The notes beneath the pieces were generated by a model. The model worked only from the letters and a program-made list of their open reading frames with translations. It had not been told where the DNA came from and searched no databases. Position numbers and translations under genes: made by a program. A DNA stretch of 64,000 bases from Saccostrea cucullata (lineage: Eukaryota), in assembly GCF_032062105.1 (NCBI RefSeq), contig NW_026929962.1, forward strand, positions 744,001-808,000, in the 5' to 3' direction. Positions within the stretch are counted from its first letter, which is position 1. Every line of letters starts with the position of its first letter. Positions 13,707-25,972 of this stretch are shown here, piece by piece.

Positions 13707-16700
13707 TCATGAATTTAATTGTTCTTTTATCAATTTTGTTGCTCTTTCAGCGGCCTGTCTTTTTACTCTAGGCAACGGAGGAATAACATCAACTGCTGGC
13801 TCTTCCTTCGTCATATCACTATCACCATGGTCAGATTCATCGGTGCATTCTATAGGATAAAGTAAATTTAACGGTCGGTTTAATGTTCTTTTGTCAGGTA
13901 ACATTACCTTTCCGGACCCGCATTGTCCATCTTGACTCTTTGTCAAATCGCAAATTCTTCCAATCTTCCAGCTTCCTCTAGGGAGATCTTCTTTGATGAG
14001 AACAACATCACCAATTCTTACCGGCCTGTTGTCTTGAATTCTTTTCCCTTTTAATTTATAGGATGTTCTTTCTCTTAGACTTAAAAGATACTCATCTCTC
14101 CATGTCTTCCAGAATGTATCTAAAATTCGTTGACCTTTCTTCCAAATTGTCAATAAAGTGTTTACAGAACTTGCAACGGGTACATAGTCTGGGTCCATGG
14201 GATCAAAATTTTCACTATCTTGAAGTCCTATTTTTGGATTCAAAGTGAGGAAATGCGCTGGAGTTAGGGTGATGTTTGAATTAATATCGTCTCCAATATA
14301 GACTAAGGGTCTAGAATTCACGACTGCCTCAGCTTCTGCAAGCATCGTTCTCATTTGCTCATTTGTTAAACAGAGTTTTCCTATAGTTTTTCTTAAGCAT
14401 CGTTTGACAACACCAACCAGACGTTCATAAAATCCTCCCATCCATGGTGCAAGTTTGGACATCATTATCAGACGTAACCTTTTCCCAACTTTTATCCAAA
14501 ACCAGGCTTGCAAGTTTCAATTGAGTACCATTATCAGAGATAATTTGTTTTGGCTTGCCCCAACGCGCAATAAATCTCCGTAGTCCTAGTAGAAACTGCT
14601 CTGTGGACATGTCCTGCATGAGTTCAAGATGTATGGCCCTTACTACCAAGCAGGTAAATAGACAGACCCATACCTTTTTATTGCCAGTTTCTGTTTTGAT
14701 GAAGATTGGTCCAAAGTAATCCACTCCTGTGTATGTACGAGGGTTGTCCCATAAAATCGTGGACAAGTTGTCTAATGTGAAAAATAAACATCACTGTGTT
14801 CTGAAATTTTCACTATTTTTTGGTACATATTTTAGTAATATACACAGCAAATTTCAAATAAATATATACATAAATAAACAAATTATGAGATTTTATGCCA
14901 TGTATTGTATCACCTTACGGCGCATGGATTATAACGTCAAAGTGTCTAAAACAGTGTCACGTTTTATCTTTGCTGAAAATGAAGTTGGATGAGTCCGACT
15001 TAAATTTAGGAATTTCATTGATACACATTCTTTAGTCTCCATAACCGAAGAACAAATTGGCATCCTCATGCGATCTTCTGAAGATTTATTAGTAAGTTTC
15101 GGACAATATTCTCACCATCATTCAACTAATAGAAAATCTCATATCGGCGGTCTACTGTGACAGCGTCCTTTGCTATTACATTAGGAGTTTGTCCGTATGT
15201 TTTGTACTCCCCAGGGACTCGATCAGAAAAAAAAAACTTCGCTAAGAAAACTCCTATTTCATTTGTATACTTAAGATATGGTGATATTTTTATAATCTTT
15301 TTTCTTCTATGGTCATTTCAAGTCTCTAAAGTGTCATTACAACATCGAAATAAAACTGAACTGTTCTCCGGTGCGCCGTAACGTCATAAAACGTCGCCAT
15401 TTTTCGTGTGTTGTGTTTACTACTTTCCCATTTCGAATGCTCGAGAAACTGCCAAAAATTAAGCAAATGCCTTGAAATTTTTACAAAGACTACAAAATTG
15501 ATTGTGGAATTGAATTAGGATAATTTTAATCCAAATCTTATGTATATTTTAAACTTTTATTTTGAATTCAAACTTGTGTATTCTTTAGTAAACCCTTGGT
15601 TTTTTGACCGTGCGCCGTAGGACAATACCTCGTGCACATTCAAGCATAATAAGATCTTTATTTTTGCCTATATTTTATCAAAAAAACTATCATGCACTTG
15701 AATATGATAAATAAACATTTACTGAAATTTTCAGCTTAGTGCGCCCATTACTTTTCGAGAAAAACGCTTTGTCCACGGACAACCCTCGTAAATGGTGCTG
15801 ATTCACTCACACGTTTCTTTGGTAGTGGAGGCATCAGTGGCATCTTGTATGGACCACCCTCAAACCGCTTACAGATTGTGCATTGGTGAAGTATTCTTTT
15901 TACTTCTGCTCTTCCCTGCGGAATCCAGTAGTCTTGACGAACCAATGACAGTGTTTGGGAGACTCCAACATGAAATGATTTTCTGTGGATGTAATCAATA
16001 ATCAGTCCCGTCACATGGTTCTTTCTTGGAAGGAGGATAGGAGATCTTGGACCTTCTGTCAACTGAGCATGCTTGAGTCTTCCAATGCATCTGATAATCC
16101 CTTCCTGATCCAATACAAGTCCTAATTGACTAATTAAATTATTTCTCTTATTTTCCTTGAGTGAGGTTTTGACATCACCATAGGTTTGAGTATGGATATT
16201 CTTGATTATATGAATTTTAGCATTCTGTAGTTCTGAGTAAGTTAGATGGTTCCAAGGCATTGGAATTTTCTTCACTCTTTTGATAAACCTGAGAGTCCAT
16301 GCTAAAACTCGAGTAAGGTTTATAAATGATGAAAAATTTTGGTAGTCAATGATGTTTGGATATCCAGTTGAGTCAGAATCTGAGTTGGTTTTTTTTCCGT
16401 TAGGACTCTCCCCAGCCACCAGTTTTGCTTCATAAACTATCTTTGGAGTCTTGCATTCTGATTCTATGACACTCTGCATTTCTTTACAGGTTTGTTGACT
16501 GTTCCATGAAGGCCATTCATCTTTCCTTTTAATTAACCATTCTGGACCATTCCACCATTGTTCAAATTCTTGAAGAGTTTTAACTGTTGTTCCTCTGGTT
16601 GCAATATCAGCTGGATTATCCTTTGTAGACACATATTGAAAAGTGATATCCTTGTTGTTTCTGATTTCTTTTACTCTGTTTTCCACAAAAGTTTTCAGAG

Positions 16701-19700
16701 GTCTCTTCATTCTTATCCAATGTAATACACATTGGGAATCGCTCCAAAGGATCTTTTCTGTGACAGGTAACTTCAGTTGTTGTTCAACAAAGTTAATGCA
16801 TCGGACTCCAATGACAACAGCCAATAGTTCTAATCTAGGCAGTGTTATTTTCTTGAGTGGCACTAATCGAGTTTTTGAAAACAGCAGGTTGACAGTACTT
16901 CTTTGTTTGTTGCTCTGGTGTAAATAGACCGCACAGGCGTACGCTTTAGTTGATGCATCACAAAAGCACATTAAATTGTATGTCACTGTACCAGTGAGTC
17001 CTATAAAACGAGGAATAGGGCAATTGGGAATATCATCCAGGTCTGCGGATATATTTTCCCGGCGCTGAATGTCTTCTTTGGTCAGTTCTTCATCCCACTC
17101 TTTCTTTTGGTTCCATAATGTTTGTAGAAACAACTTTCTCAAAGTAACTGGGGTGAAGAATCCAAGTGGATCAAAAACAGAAGCAATTCTTTGAAGGACT
17201 TTCCTCTTGGTGATAGGTGGAATATGAGTTTCATCTTTTGGACTGTTTATGAATAGGGAGTCCTCAGAAAGTTTCCAAGACAAACCAAGAATTTTTATGG
17301 TTTCTCTGTTTGCTTGATCAGCTTGAGGAATACACTGGCTAAACTCTGTGGAGTTAGATGCCCAGTCTCGTAAATTCATTGACATGGTACTGAAGATTTC
17401 TTTGGCGTCTGTATATAGTTTCCTAGCCTCTGAGACGGACTCTACACCAGTGATAACATTATCCACGTAGATATTGCTTCTTATGTTTTCAGCTGTTGCA
17501 GTGTTGTAGTTTCCAAGATGGTAATCTAAAGTTGCAGCCAATAGAAAATGGCTTGATATAACTCCAAATGGAACTCTCGTAAATCTGTATACTTGAATAT
17601 TGTTCTCTGTGGATGGAGTTTCAATATTCTTTAACCAAAAGAATCTTGTCACATCTCTGTCTTTTCCTTGTAATTCAATCTGTAGAAATGCCTTTTCTAT
17701 GTCAGCAATAATTGCAATCCTTTTCATTCTAAATCTCAACAACAGTCCACACAAATCATTTAGCATCACTGGTCCTCTGTAAAGACATTCGTTAAGGCTG
17801 TTACACTCTGGTTTGACCTTTGCCGATGCATCATAGACGATCCGTACTTTTGTGGTAGGCTTTGTTGGATCAATGACAGCATGATGGGGTATGTAGTGTT
17901 TGACACTATTCTTCACTTCACTACTCTTTGTCACCTTTTCAATTATGCCTTGCTTGCACTGGTCCTGAATTATTCCATCATATTGGTGAAGCAGCTCAGG
18001 GTTCTTTTTTAGTTTTTGAAGTAGAGATTTCAACCTTCCAAAAGCAAGTTCTCTGTTCTCTGGGAGTTCAGGTTGCTCATCCTTCCAGGGCCAAGTGACT
18101 TTATATCTACCATTGACTAGTTTTATTGTGTCGTTAAAGTTTTTTAAAGCCTTGTCATCATCTGATGAGTGGGGCTGATCCTTGATTCCAATAGTTTCCA
18201 AGTTACAGTACTCGTCTAGTGATGGCTTCAAGGGCAAACATTCAAATATCGACAGAGGAATGAAGACAATATTCTGTTGTTAGATTGTTTCCATTTACAA
18301 TCAGCATTTGGTGTAGATTATCTCTGGATACCTCAAAGTTAGCTTGTGTTCGTCCAGTGAGAATCCATCCTACCTTTGATGAGAGCAAGTAAAGTCCATG
18401 GTCAACTTCAATTTTTTCTGATGATACCAAATCAAGATAATAGTCATTCCCAATAAGGATGTCTATGGTTGAATTCTCTGTAGTTTTTGGTAAGGTATCT
18501 GCAAACTGTAGATGTTTCCATTGGCACTGTACCTTTTCAATGATGTTAGGTGGTAACGGTCTTCTGTGTATTGGTCCGGTTATTTGAGGCCCAACATTTG
18601 CTTCAATTCTCATGTAGTGTCCATCCTTCAGTTTAATTCTTAAAGATACATTTGGAGTTTTTACTATTTTTGGTTTCGTGGATCCAAAGGTGACAAGTGA
18701 TATTTCCTCTGTTCTTTTTCTTTTCAAATTCAATCTTGAAGCTAATTCCTCCGTAACATACGTTCTTTGAGATCCAGAGTCCATGAGAATTCTGATTGTT
18801 TCAAATATCGATCCAATCAGATCTGATGCATCAATTTTTGCAGTTTGCATTAGGACCATACTTCCTGATGACAGTAGGCTGTTTTCTCGAACATTGTTAA
18901 CTGTTTCTGAGTCACATAGTTCAGAGGATTCAACAAAGTGTGAGTTTTCTTGTTGCAGAGACTTCGGTGATGTTTTTTTGTCTGATGGCAATGGAAACAT
19001 GGTTTGTCGACTTTGCAGTCCTTGCTAAGATGACCTGGCAAAAGACAAATGTAACATCTTCCCTTAATCTTCTGTTTTCTGTCTTCAACTGTCCTGAATT
19101 CTTGGCATTCATCACTCCACTGATTTTGTTCACAGAAGATACAAATGGGATACTTTCTTTGAATTTTGTTTCTTCTTGGAGATTCTTTAAATGATGTTGT
19201 TAAGGCTTCCGCAGATGTATGTTTTCTTTCATGTTCATATACCATTCCAGGTGATGGGGGTATTCTAGCAGGTTGTTCTTCACGACCGGCTAGGTTTTCC
19301 ATATCTGTAGACTCTCTGGTTGCTATGAGTTATCAAGAAACATTCTCAGCTTTTGCACAGTCCACTTCTCTTTCTTTCCTTTCTGTATTTCTAATTGTAA
19401 TCTGGCTTCTTTTGGTTACTTTGTTATAATCATGGAAACAAAGACATCCTGGTTTACGTCCTGTTTCGATGCTTCTAGGCTGCGCATATGCTTTTCTAAA
19501 TCATCAAATAGTCTACGGAGACTGGAAGTATTATTGAGTGCAGGCTTAATGTTTATAAGGTCCACGTAATGTTTGTTAATTACAGACTGCACATCGTTCC
19601 GAATCGTTCTTTCAATATGGAGAGAGCTACATCAAAATTTTCATGGGAGAGCATGAGGCCGGAAATAGCAGATTGTGCCTTTCCTTCCATTCTACTTTTC

Positions 19701-20323
19701 AAGTAGTTGAACTTCTCAATACTGGAAAGTCTTGTGTTTTTGTGTACTGAAGCTTTAAAGGAGTCCCAGAACTCTTTCCACTTTAACTTGTCTCCGTTGA
19801 ATGAAGGGAGCTCAAACTTTGGTAGTTTAACTACTGGAGTCTCTTTGCAAATCTTTTCCTTTCTGTGCAGTTCCTGAATTTGGAGTTCTTGGAAATGCAT
19901 CAGTTGTTCCTGCATTTTTGTCTGCAGATCTATCATGTGGTCGATTCGTGGGTCATTTGGTGCTTCACTTTTCATATATGGAATGTCCACTTGTTCGTCT
20001 TTTTTCCAATAGTAGAATTTCTTCTGAGCGCTCTGTAACATCTGTGAGCAATTCAAACAACTTCTCACTATCTTCTGTAAATTTTTCAATTTCAGACTCA
20101 TTGTCTTGTTCTGATTCCAAGGCAATAGAAAATTCTTTCATCGATTCTTCTAATTAGCACCAAAGTCCTTTAACCGTCTCAAGGAAGATTGAATCTGCCT
20201 TATCCTGGTTGTCAAATCCTCTTCTTCAGCTTCTGAAGAAAGAAATGTCTTACTTTTGATCATTTCCTTCAGCAGTAGATTCTTGTACCTTGTACAAAGT
20301 CCTTTCAAGTATGAGGTTGACAT
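13707..20323 (-). pseudogene. gag-pol: BEL/Pao gag-pol with frameshifts, stops and an insertion
   Basis: Start MSTSYLKGL; PKFELPSFNGD; three Zn knuckles; protease LMDSGSQRT; RT ADIEKAFLQI...YVDN; RNase H FCDAS; integrase HHCC, GVDYFGP, SDNG, GGFYER. Confidence 0.93.
14738..15788. mobile_element. Non-autonomous Tc1/mariner-type element (copy 2) inserted in the BEL integrase
   Basis: TA-CGAGGGTTGTCC...GGACAACCCTCG-TA. Removing it with one TA restores APFT-YTGVDYFG. Confidence 0.93.
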
Positions 20324-20365
20324 CTTCTTCTTTTCCGTGATAAATTCTTGATTTCAGGCTCCAAT

Positions 20366-20383
20366 TCCCGGGTTCCGGCACCA
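20366..20383 (-). promoter_or_regulatory. BEL primer-binding site, tRNA-Phe type
   Basis: TGGTGCCGGAACCCGGGA, one difference from the complement of the tRNA-Phe 3' end (TGGTGCCGAAACCCGGGA). Confidence 0.8.
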
Positions 20384-21209
20384 AACAATGTGGCAAATCA
20401 CAATCACGCGGAAATCTTCTTTTACAATTTATTATGACGATTAAAGATAAATAACAAATCCTCAAGGGTTAACAATCACAATACCACATTGGCTAAGATA
20501 ATGAGATGGTTTCTGATATGTACTTAGTCTTTCTTCTATCTAAACTCAATGTAAACTCAATCAACTGAATGAATCAAGATCACAAAAACTCTCATATATA
20601 TAGTATTGAAGAAAAATCTGGAAATAGAAACTTCTATAAAATTCTAGGTAATTATATTCAAACATATTCTACAGACTTCTTGAGAATTCATTCATGAAAC
20701 ATATAGAACATTCTAGATTATACATGTACATCATTAAATTTCTATATTTATAATTGCAACAGTTCGCAACAATTGTGTAATCATTTACATGCATCATAAT
20801 ACACTCATTAACTCTGAACCTTTATTAAGTGTCTTTGAAATATTTTTTTATATAGTTTAATTTGCATTGTAGAATCTAAATTCAATGTTAAAACTTAAAA
20901 ATGATGCAGAATTTTAGAAATAAAGATCCAGACTAAAATCGACTCAAAAGCACAGGATCGAACGTCCTTAAATGAATGGAACAAAATTTTATTTTTAATG
21001 AGTCATGTACATTACTGAATACTCATGACACCTTTTTTTGCAGGATTACCGGTATTATATGGTAATATATTACAAGACAATTTAAAAAAAAAAAAAAATT
21101 TCAGCTATTGCTGTATAGAAACTTTAGCAATATATGTACTTATATTTAAGCAAGAATCACATTTTTGCAAGCAGGCAGTTCAATTTTTTCAAGAAAATAA
21201 GGTTATCTC

Positions 21210-21960
21210 AAACAAGAGGCCCAGGGGCCACATCGCTCACCTGAGCACATCGGCTAAGAAAAAAAAAGTACAAATCAGATCAGAATTGAAAAGATTACTG
21301 AAAAGGGGGGGGGGGGCTGAATTCTAATACTACTTGAGAATGCCTCCATGTCAATACAGCATATAACTTTGCTGTTCTTGAGCAAAAGATTTTTATTTAT
21401 TTTTTAAAACATTTTGTTATATGGATCTTGAGAAGATTTTTAAAGATTTTCCCCATAAATTCTTGTGTAAAACTTTGATTGGCCATTGTGGCCCCACCCT
21501 ACCCACGGGGGTCATGATTTGAAGAAACTTGAATGTACACTAACTGAGGATTATTCAACATTAGTTTCATCTTTCCTGACCCTATGGATCTTGAGAAGAA
21601 GATTTTTAAAGATTTTCCCTATAAATCTCTATGTAAATCTTTGATTGGCCATCGTGGCCCCACTCTACCCCAGGGGGTCATGATTTGAAGAAACTTGAAT
21701 GTACACTACCTGAGGATGATTCAACACGAGTTTCATCTTTCCTGTCTCAATGGTTCTAGAGAAGAAGATTTTAAAGATTTTTCCTATATATCCCTATGTA
21801 AAACTTTGATTGGCCATCGTGGCCCCACCCTACCCCAGGGGGTCATGATTTGAACAAACTTGAATGTACACTATACCTGAGGATGATTCCACACGAGTTT
21901 CATATTTCCTGTCTCAATGGTTCTAGAGAAGATTGATTGATTGTATTGTTTAACGTCCCT

Positions 21961-21994
<34 letters not shown>

Positions 21995-22871
21995 GTATGC
22001 CGGTGAAGGGCTTCAAATTTAGACCTATACTCGGCTCTCAGGGCCATTGAGCAGTGAGGGTTCTTTATCGTGCCAGCGCCTACCGTGACACGGGACCTAC
22101 GTTTTTAAGGTCATATCCGAAAGACCCGTGACTTTCACTTCTGATGCCGTCATGCCGAGCGCTTGGTGAAGGAACAGTCACTACCTATTTTTACGTCTTA
22201 GGTTTGACGCGGCGCCGCGAACGGGAATCGAACCCCGGGCCTCCCGATCACAAAGCGAACGCTCTACCACTAGGCTACCGTAAACGGTTTCTAGAGAAGA
22301 AGATTTTAAAAGATTTTTCCTATATATTCCTGTGTAAAACTTTGATTGGCCATCGTGGCCCCACCCTACCCCAGGGGGTCATGATTTGAACAAACTTGAA
22401 TGTACACTATACCTGAGGATGATTCAACATGAGTTTCATCTTTCCTGTCTCAATGGTTCTAGAGAAGAAGATTTTTAAATATTTTTCCTATATATTCCTG
22501 TGTAAAACTTTGATTGGCCATCGTGGCCCCACCCTACCCCAGGGGGTCATGATTCAACAAACTTGAATGTACACGACCTGAGGATGATTTCACATGAGTT
22601 TCATCTTTCCTGTCTTAATGGTTCTTGAGTAGAAGATTTTTAAATATTTTTCCTATATATTACTATGTAAAACTGTGATCGGCCATTGTGACCCCACCCT
22701 TGCCCCCGGGGGTAATGATTTGAAGAAACTTTAATCTTTACCACCAGAGGATGCTTATACATGAGTTTCATCCTTTCTGCCCCAGTGGTTCTTTAGAATA
22801 AGATTTTTTTTTTAAAATGCCATTAATTTTTCTCTTATTCATAATTATTTCCCCTTGGAAGAGGGCGTGGT

Positions 22872-22911
<40 letters not shown>

Positions 22912-23012
22912 ACTTTGTAGCAAGTTGAAACTGGTCCAGCGGTTCTTGAGAAGAAGTTGGAAATGTGAAAAGTTTACAACAACAACGACAACGACAACGG
23001 CGACAAACAGCA

Positions 23013-23051
<39 letters not shown>

Positions 23052-23064
23052 GCAGGTGAGCTAA
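21210..23064 (-). mobile_element. HINE with about 166-bp satellite-like tandem array
   Basis: Ends aaacaagaggcccaggggccacatcgctcacctgag and agctcacttgagccttcggcgcaggtgagctaa; (caacga)n microsatellite; tandem units containing cgtggccccaccctaccccagggggtcatgatttgaacaaacttgaatg. Confidence 0.85.
21933..22288 (-). mobile_element. tRNA-derived SINE, 12-bp TSD, inside the HINE array
   Basis: A box TAGCCTAGTGG, B box GGTTCGATTCC, (ATCA)n tail; TTCTAGAGAAGA at 21921-21932 and 22289-22300. Confidence 0.88.
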
Positions 23065-23679
23065 TAAAAAGTGATTTAGAAATTGAAAAGTACAAAAAAA
23101 ATATAAGACCTGTATTTAAAAATGTGTGTCAAGTTCGTGAGTTAGTCGAGGCCTATTACCATTGTCCACTTAACACCTTGATATTTACACGTACATTTTG
23201 TCCAGTGTGCCTGTTAAAAATATTTTTAAATATTGAGATGTTCTATAAATTACCCTGAATGATTAAAGCAAAGGTGCAGAATATTAAAACCTTCAGACAC
23301 ATAAATTTTGTTTCCCTTGAATCAATTCAAAATTATTTCGTTATACCTGGATTCACATCTTTAAATTCCATAACATTGAATTGCCTGGAGGAAATGAGAA
23401 ATGTAGTGAATGATACAATGTGTAACAAAATTATAATCTGTCTATACAGAAAATCAGTACTTTCTGATGTGACCCTCGTTCAGAATACGTACACTGATGA
23501 ATAATTAACGTAGTGAGCAGTGGACAATATGGTCATTTTTTTTCAACGTAAAATGTTGACAAATTGCATTGTTATGTATACCAATCAGCTAAACACACAA
23601 TCGATGGATTCTGCACGTTTTTTTTTTCAGTGATTAAAATACAGAGGATTTGTCAATACTAGCTGTTAAATAAGAGAAC

Positions 23680-24945
23680 ATGAAGGCTTCAGATTTGACC
23701 GTGCTGGCGATATTTTACACAATTATTGGACGTGTATCAGGACAATCGGGGACAGACATGAGAAATCTATATACCTACCTCTTTACGACTAGTGGCTACA
23801 ACAATAACATACGTCCGGTTGTGAACCAGAGTGTACCTACACAGGTATCAGTAGACCTTCTGTTGACAGGTCTTCTTGGGATAGACGAAGCTAAGCAGCA
23901 AATGGGATCTGTCGGTACTCTAACTATAAAATGGCGGGACGAATTCCTCTCTTGGACCCCGTCATCTTATGGAGATGCAATGTATTTTGATCTTCCACAA
24001 GATCTTATTTGGAAGCCGGATTTACAAATTTTCAATGGCCTGACTGACTTTACTAACTTGGGTGGAAGTTTTATGACATTGCGGGTGTTTAGTACAGGAG
24101 ATGTTATTTGGGTGCCATATAAAGTATTTCAGACTAAATGTAGGATTGACGTCACCTACTTTCCCTTTGACCGACAGAAGTGCCAGATAACGATGGTAGC
24201 CTGGAACAGTGATGCATTGTCAGTGTCTCTTACAATAGGGACAAACGGCATGCAAATAGATGAAGATATAAATGATGGACAATGGACCTTGTCGAATCCA
24301 AGAGCTGATGTCAGAATAGATGATAACCAGTCCTTGATTACGTTTGAATTAATGTTAAAAAGAAAACCAAAAGTCTTCGTTCTCAATATAATGATTCCTA
24401 TGTTTTTTCTTATAGTTCTAGATGTGTTTACTTTCATAATCCCTAACGATAGCGGAGAGAAAATATCATACTCTGTTGCTGTTATGTTGGCGTTATCTAT
24501 ATTTATGACAGTAGTGACTAGTATACTTCCGCCTACGTCATATTCTACGTCATATCTGGAAATGTATATTATACTTATTTTGGCATTAGGAACTTTGATA
24601 CTTATTATAACGGCAATCTCTTTAAGAATTCATGAAAGGGGCCAGGATAGAGAAATACCTTTTTGGCTACAGAAATTGATAGTGCTTTCTTGGAAATTAA
24701 ATTGTCGGTCTCGAAACAATTCAGTTCGGTTTATTTATCCGAACAAAATGGACAGTATAAGTAACAACGAAGTAGAGATGGATGTTAAAAATACGAAGGA
24801 CACAATGAATATAAATAATAAAGAAAATGAGTCTGTTTTCTGGACTGATGTTACATCAGCGGTAGATTTCTTCATGTTTTGGATATTTTCATTTATTATT
24901 TTGATAGCATCTGCTTCTCTGCTTGGACTTGCAGCCTTCAGTTAA
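23680..24945 (+). CDS. Intronless Cys-loop ligand-gated ion channel, nAChR-like non-alpha subunit (421 aa), paralog of 11090-12325
   Basis: Signal peptide; WKPDL; Cys loop CRIDVTYFPFDRQKC; SGEKIS; four TM helices; colinear with the first paralog. Confidence 0.93.
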   Translation: MKASDLTVLAIFYTIIGRVSGQSGTDMRNLYTYLFTTSGYNNNIRPVVNQSVPTQVSVDLLLTGLLGIDEAKQQMGSVGTLTIKWRDEFLSWTPSSYGDAMYFDLPQDLIWKPDLQIFNGLTDFTNLGGSFMTLRVFSTGDVIWVPYKVFQTKCRIDVTYFPFDRQKCQITMVAWNSDALSVSLTIGTNGMQIDEDINDGQWTLSNPRADVRIDDNQSLITFELMLKRKPKVFVLNIMIPMFFLIVLDVFTFIIPNDSGEKISYSVAVMLALSIFMTVVTSILPPTSYSTSYLEMYIILILALGTLILIITAISLRIHERGQDREIPFWLQKLIVLSWKLNCRSRNNSVRFIYPNKMDSISNNEVEMDVKNTKDTMNINNKENESVFWTDVTSAVDFFMFWIFSFIILIASASLLGLAAFS

Positions 24946-25972
24946 ACTAACGAAAAATGTATTACAAGTCAGTTTTAAATTAATTCTGGATATCCACCTG
25001 ATATAATGATGTATTTTCATCTCTCTGATTGTCCTTTGCAGAAAAGTTTTTTTTCATTTAGGATTGAATTAGCTACGTCTTGAATGATATTTAAATTTGT
25101 TGTATTAAATCATATTAAACTCTGAATTGAAACCTGGAAAAGGTACGGTGAAGCACAGTACCTTTTTATTTTGCTGTCCCTTTAATGTACATGAAATGTC
25201 TTCAATTCTTACAACAATTGTTCATGTACATGTGTATTTTATATTAAATATAGACCGAGTCTTAGGATTTTCTGAGTTAACCAATAAGCTGAAGCATCCA
25301 TGTATTTCAATCGTTACCAAGTGTTGCTATGAATCTGTGCAGTAAATATTTGCAATATCAACTGGGTTAACATAAAAATCATTACAAAAAATTAGTACTG
25401 CTTGCATAACAAATAAAGAAATAAAAAGTTAAATGCATTTTGAATTTCCTTTTATGTTTGTAATTGTTTGGTGAGTTGAGGTTCGAGGTCATTAATCGAC
25501 TTCAAGATCTTTCATTATCGGAAGGATTTACAATTGTAACCACTCTAATGTTAGTAATAGATAACCACATTGTACCAGTATTATCATTAACAAGCCGTAA
25601 AAGGTTACAATTTTCTTGCATTTAGAACCAATTGTTTGTATCTAATTTTCCACCAATGTTTTATTTTATTTTATCATTACTCATTCCTAACTTTAGAATG
25701 TACTTTTAATTATATGATAATACTTTGTCTTTAGAAATTAATATGCTTTTACCTTTTTATTAAATGACGATTATTTGACACTATGTCATGATAATTTGAA
25801 ATTAAGAGCTGATACTTTTTATTAGTTGAGGACACTATGACATAAGTCGATGATACTTTGATAGTTCCCCTGTATTCTAAATATAGTGTATTTACAATTA
25901 AAATGGAAACTAAGCAACAAGCAACACAGGATAAACGTTTCATTTATTGAGGTAAAGCAGAGAAATCCACAT

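Larger units (their letters stand above)
13127..20771 (-). mobile_element. BEL/Pao LTR retrotransposon, decayed, 5-bp TSD ATTGT
   Basis: TG...CA LTRs at 20389-20771 (383 bp) and 13127-13683 (383 bp plus a MITE), about 6 substitutions by eye; ATTGT on both flanks; PBS next to the 5' LTR. Confidence 0.95.

Noticed and set aside
22215-22288. tRNA gene
   Set aside because: A and B boxes are present, but it is the head of a 356-bp SINE with a tail and TSD.
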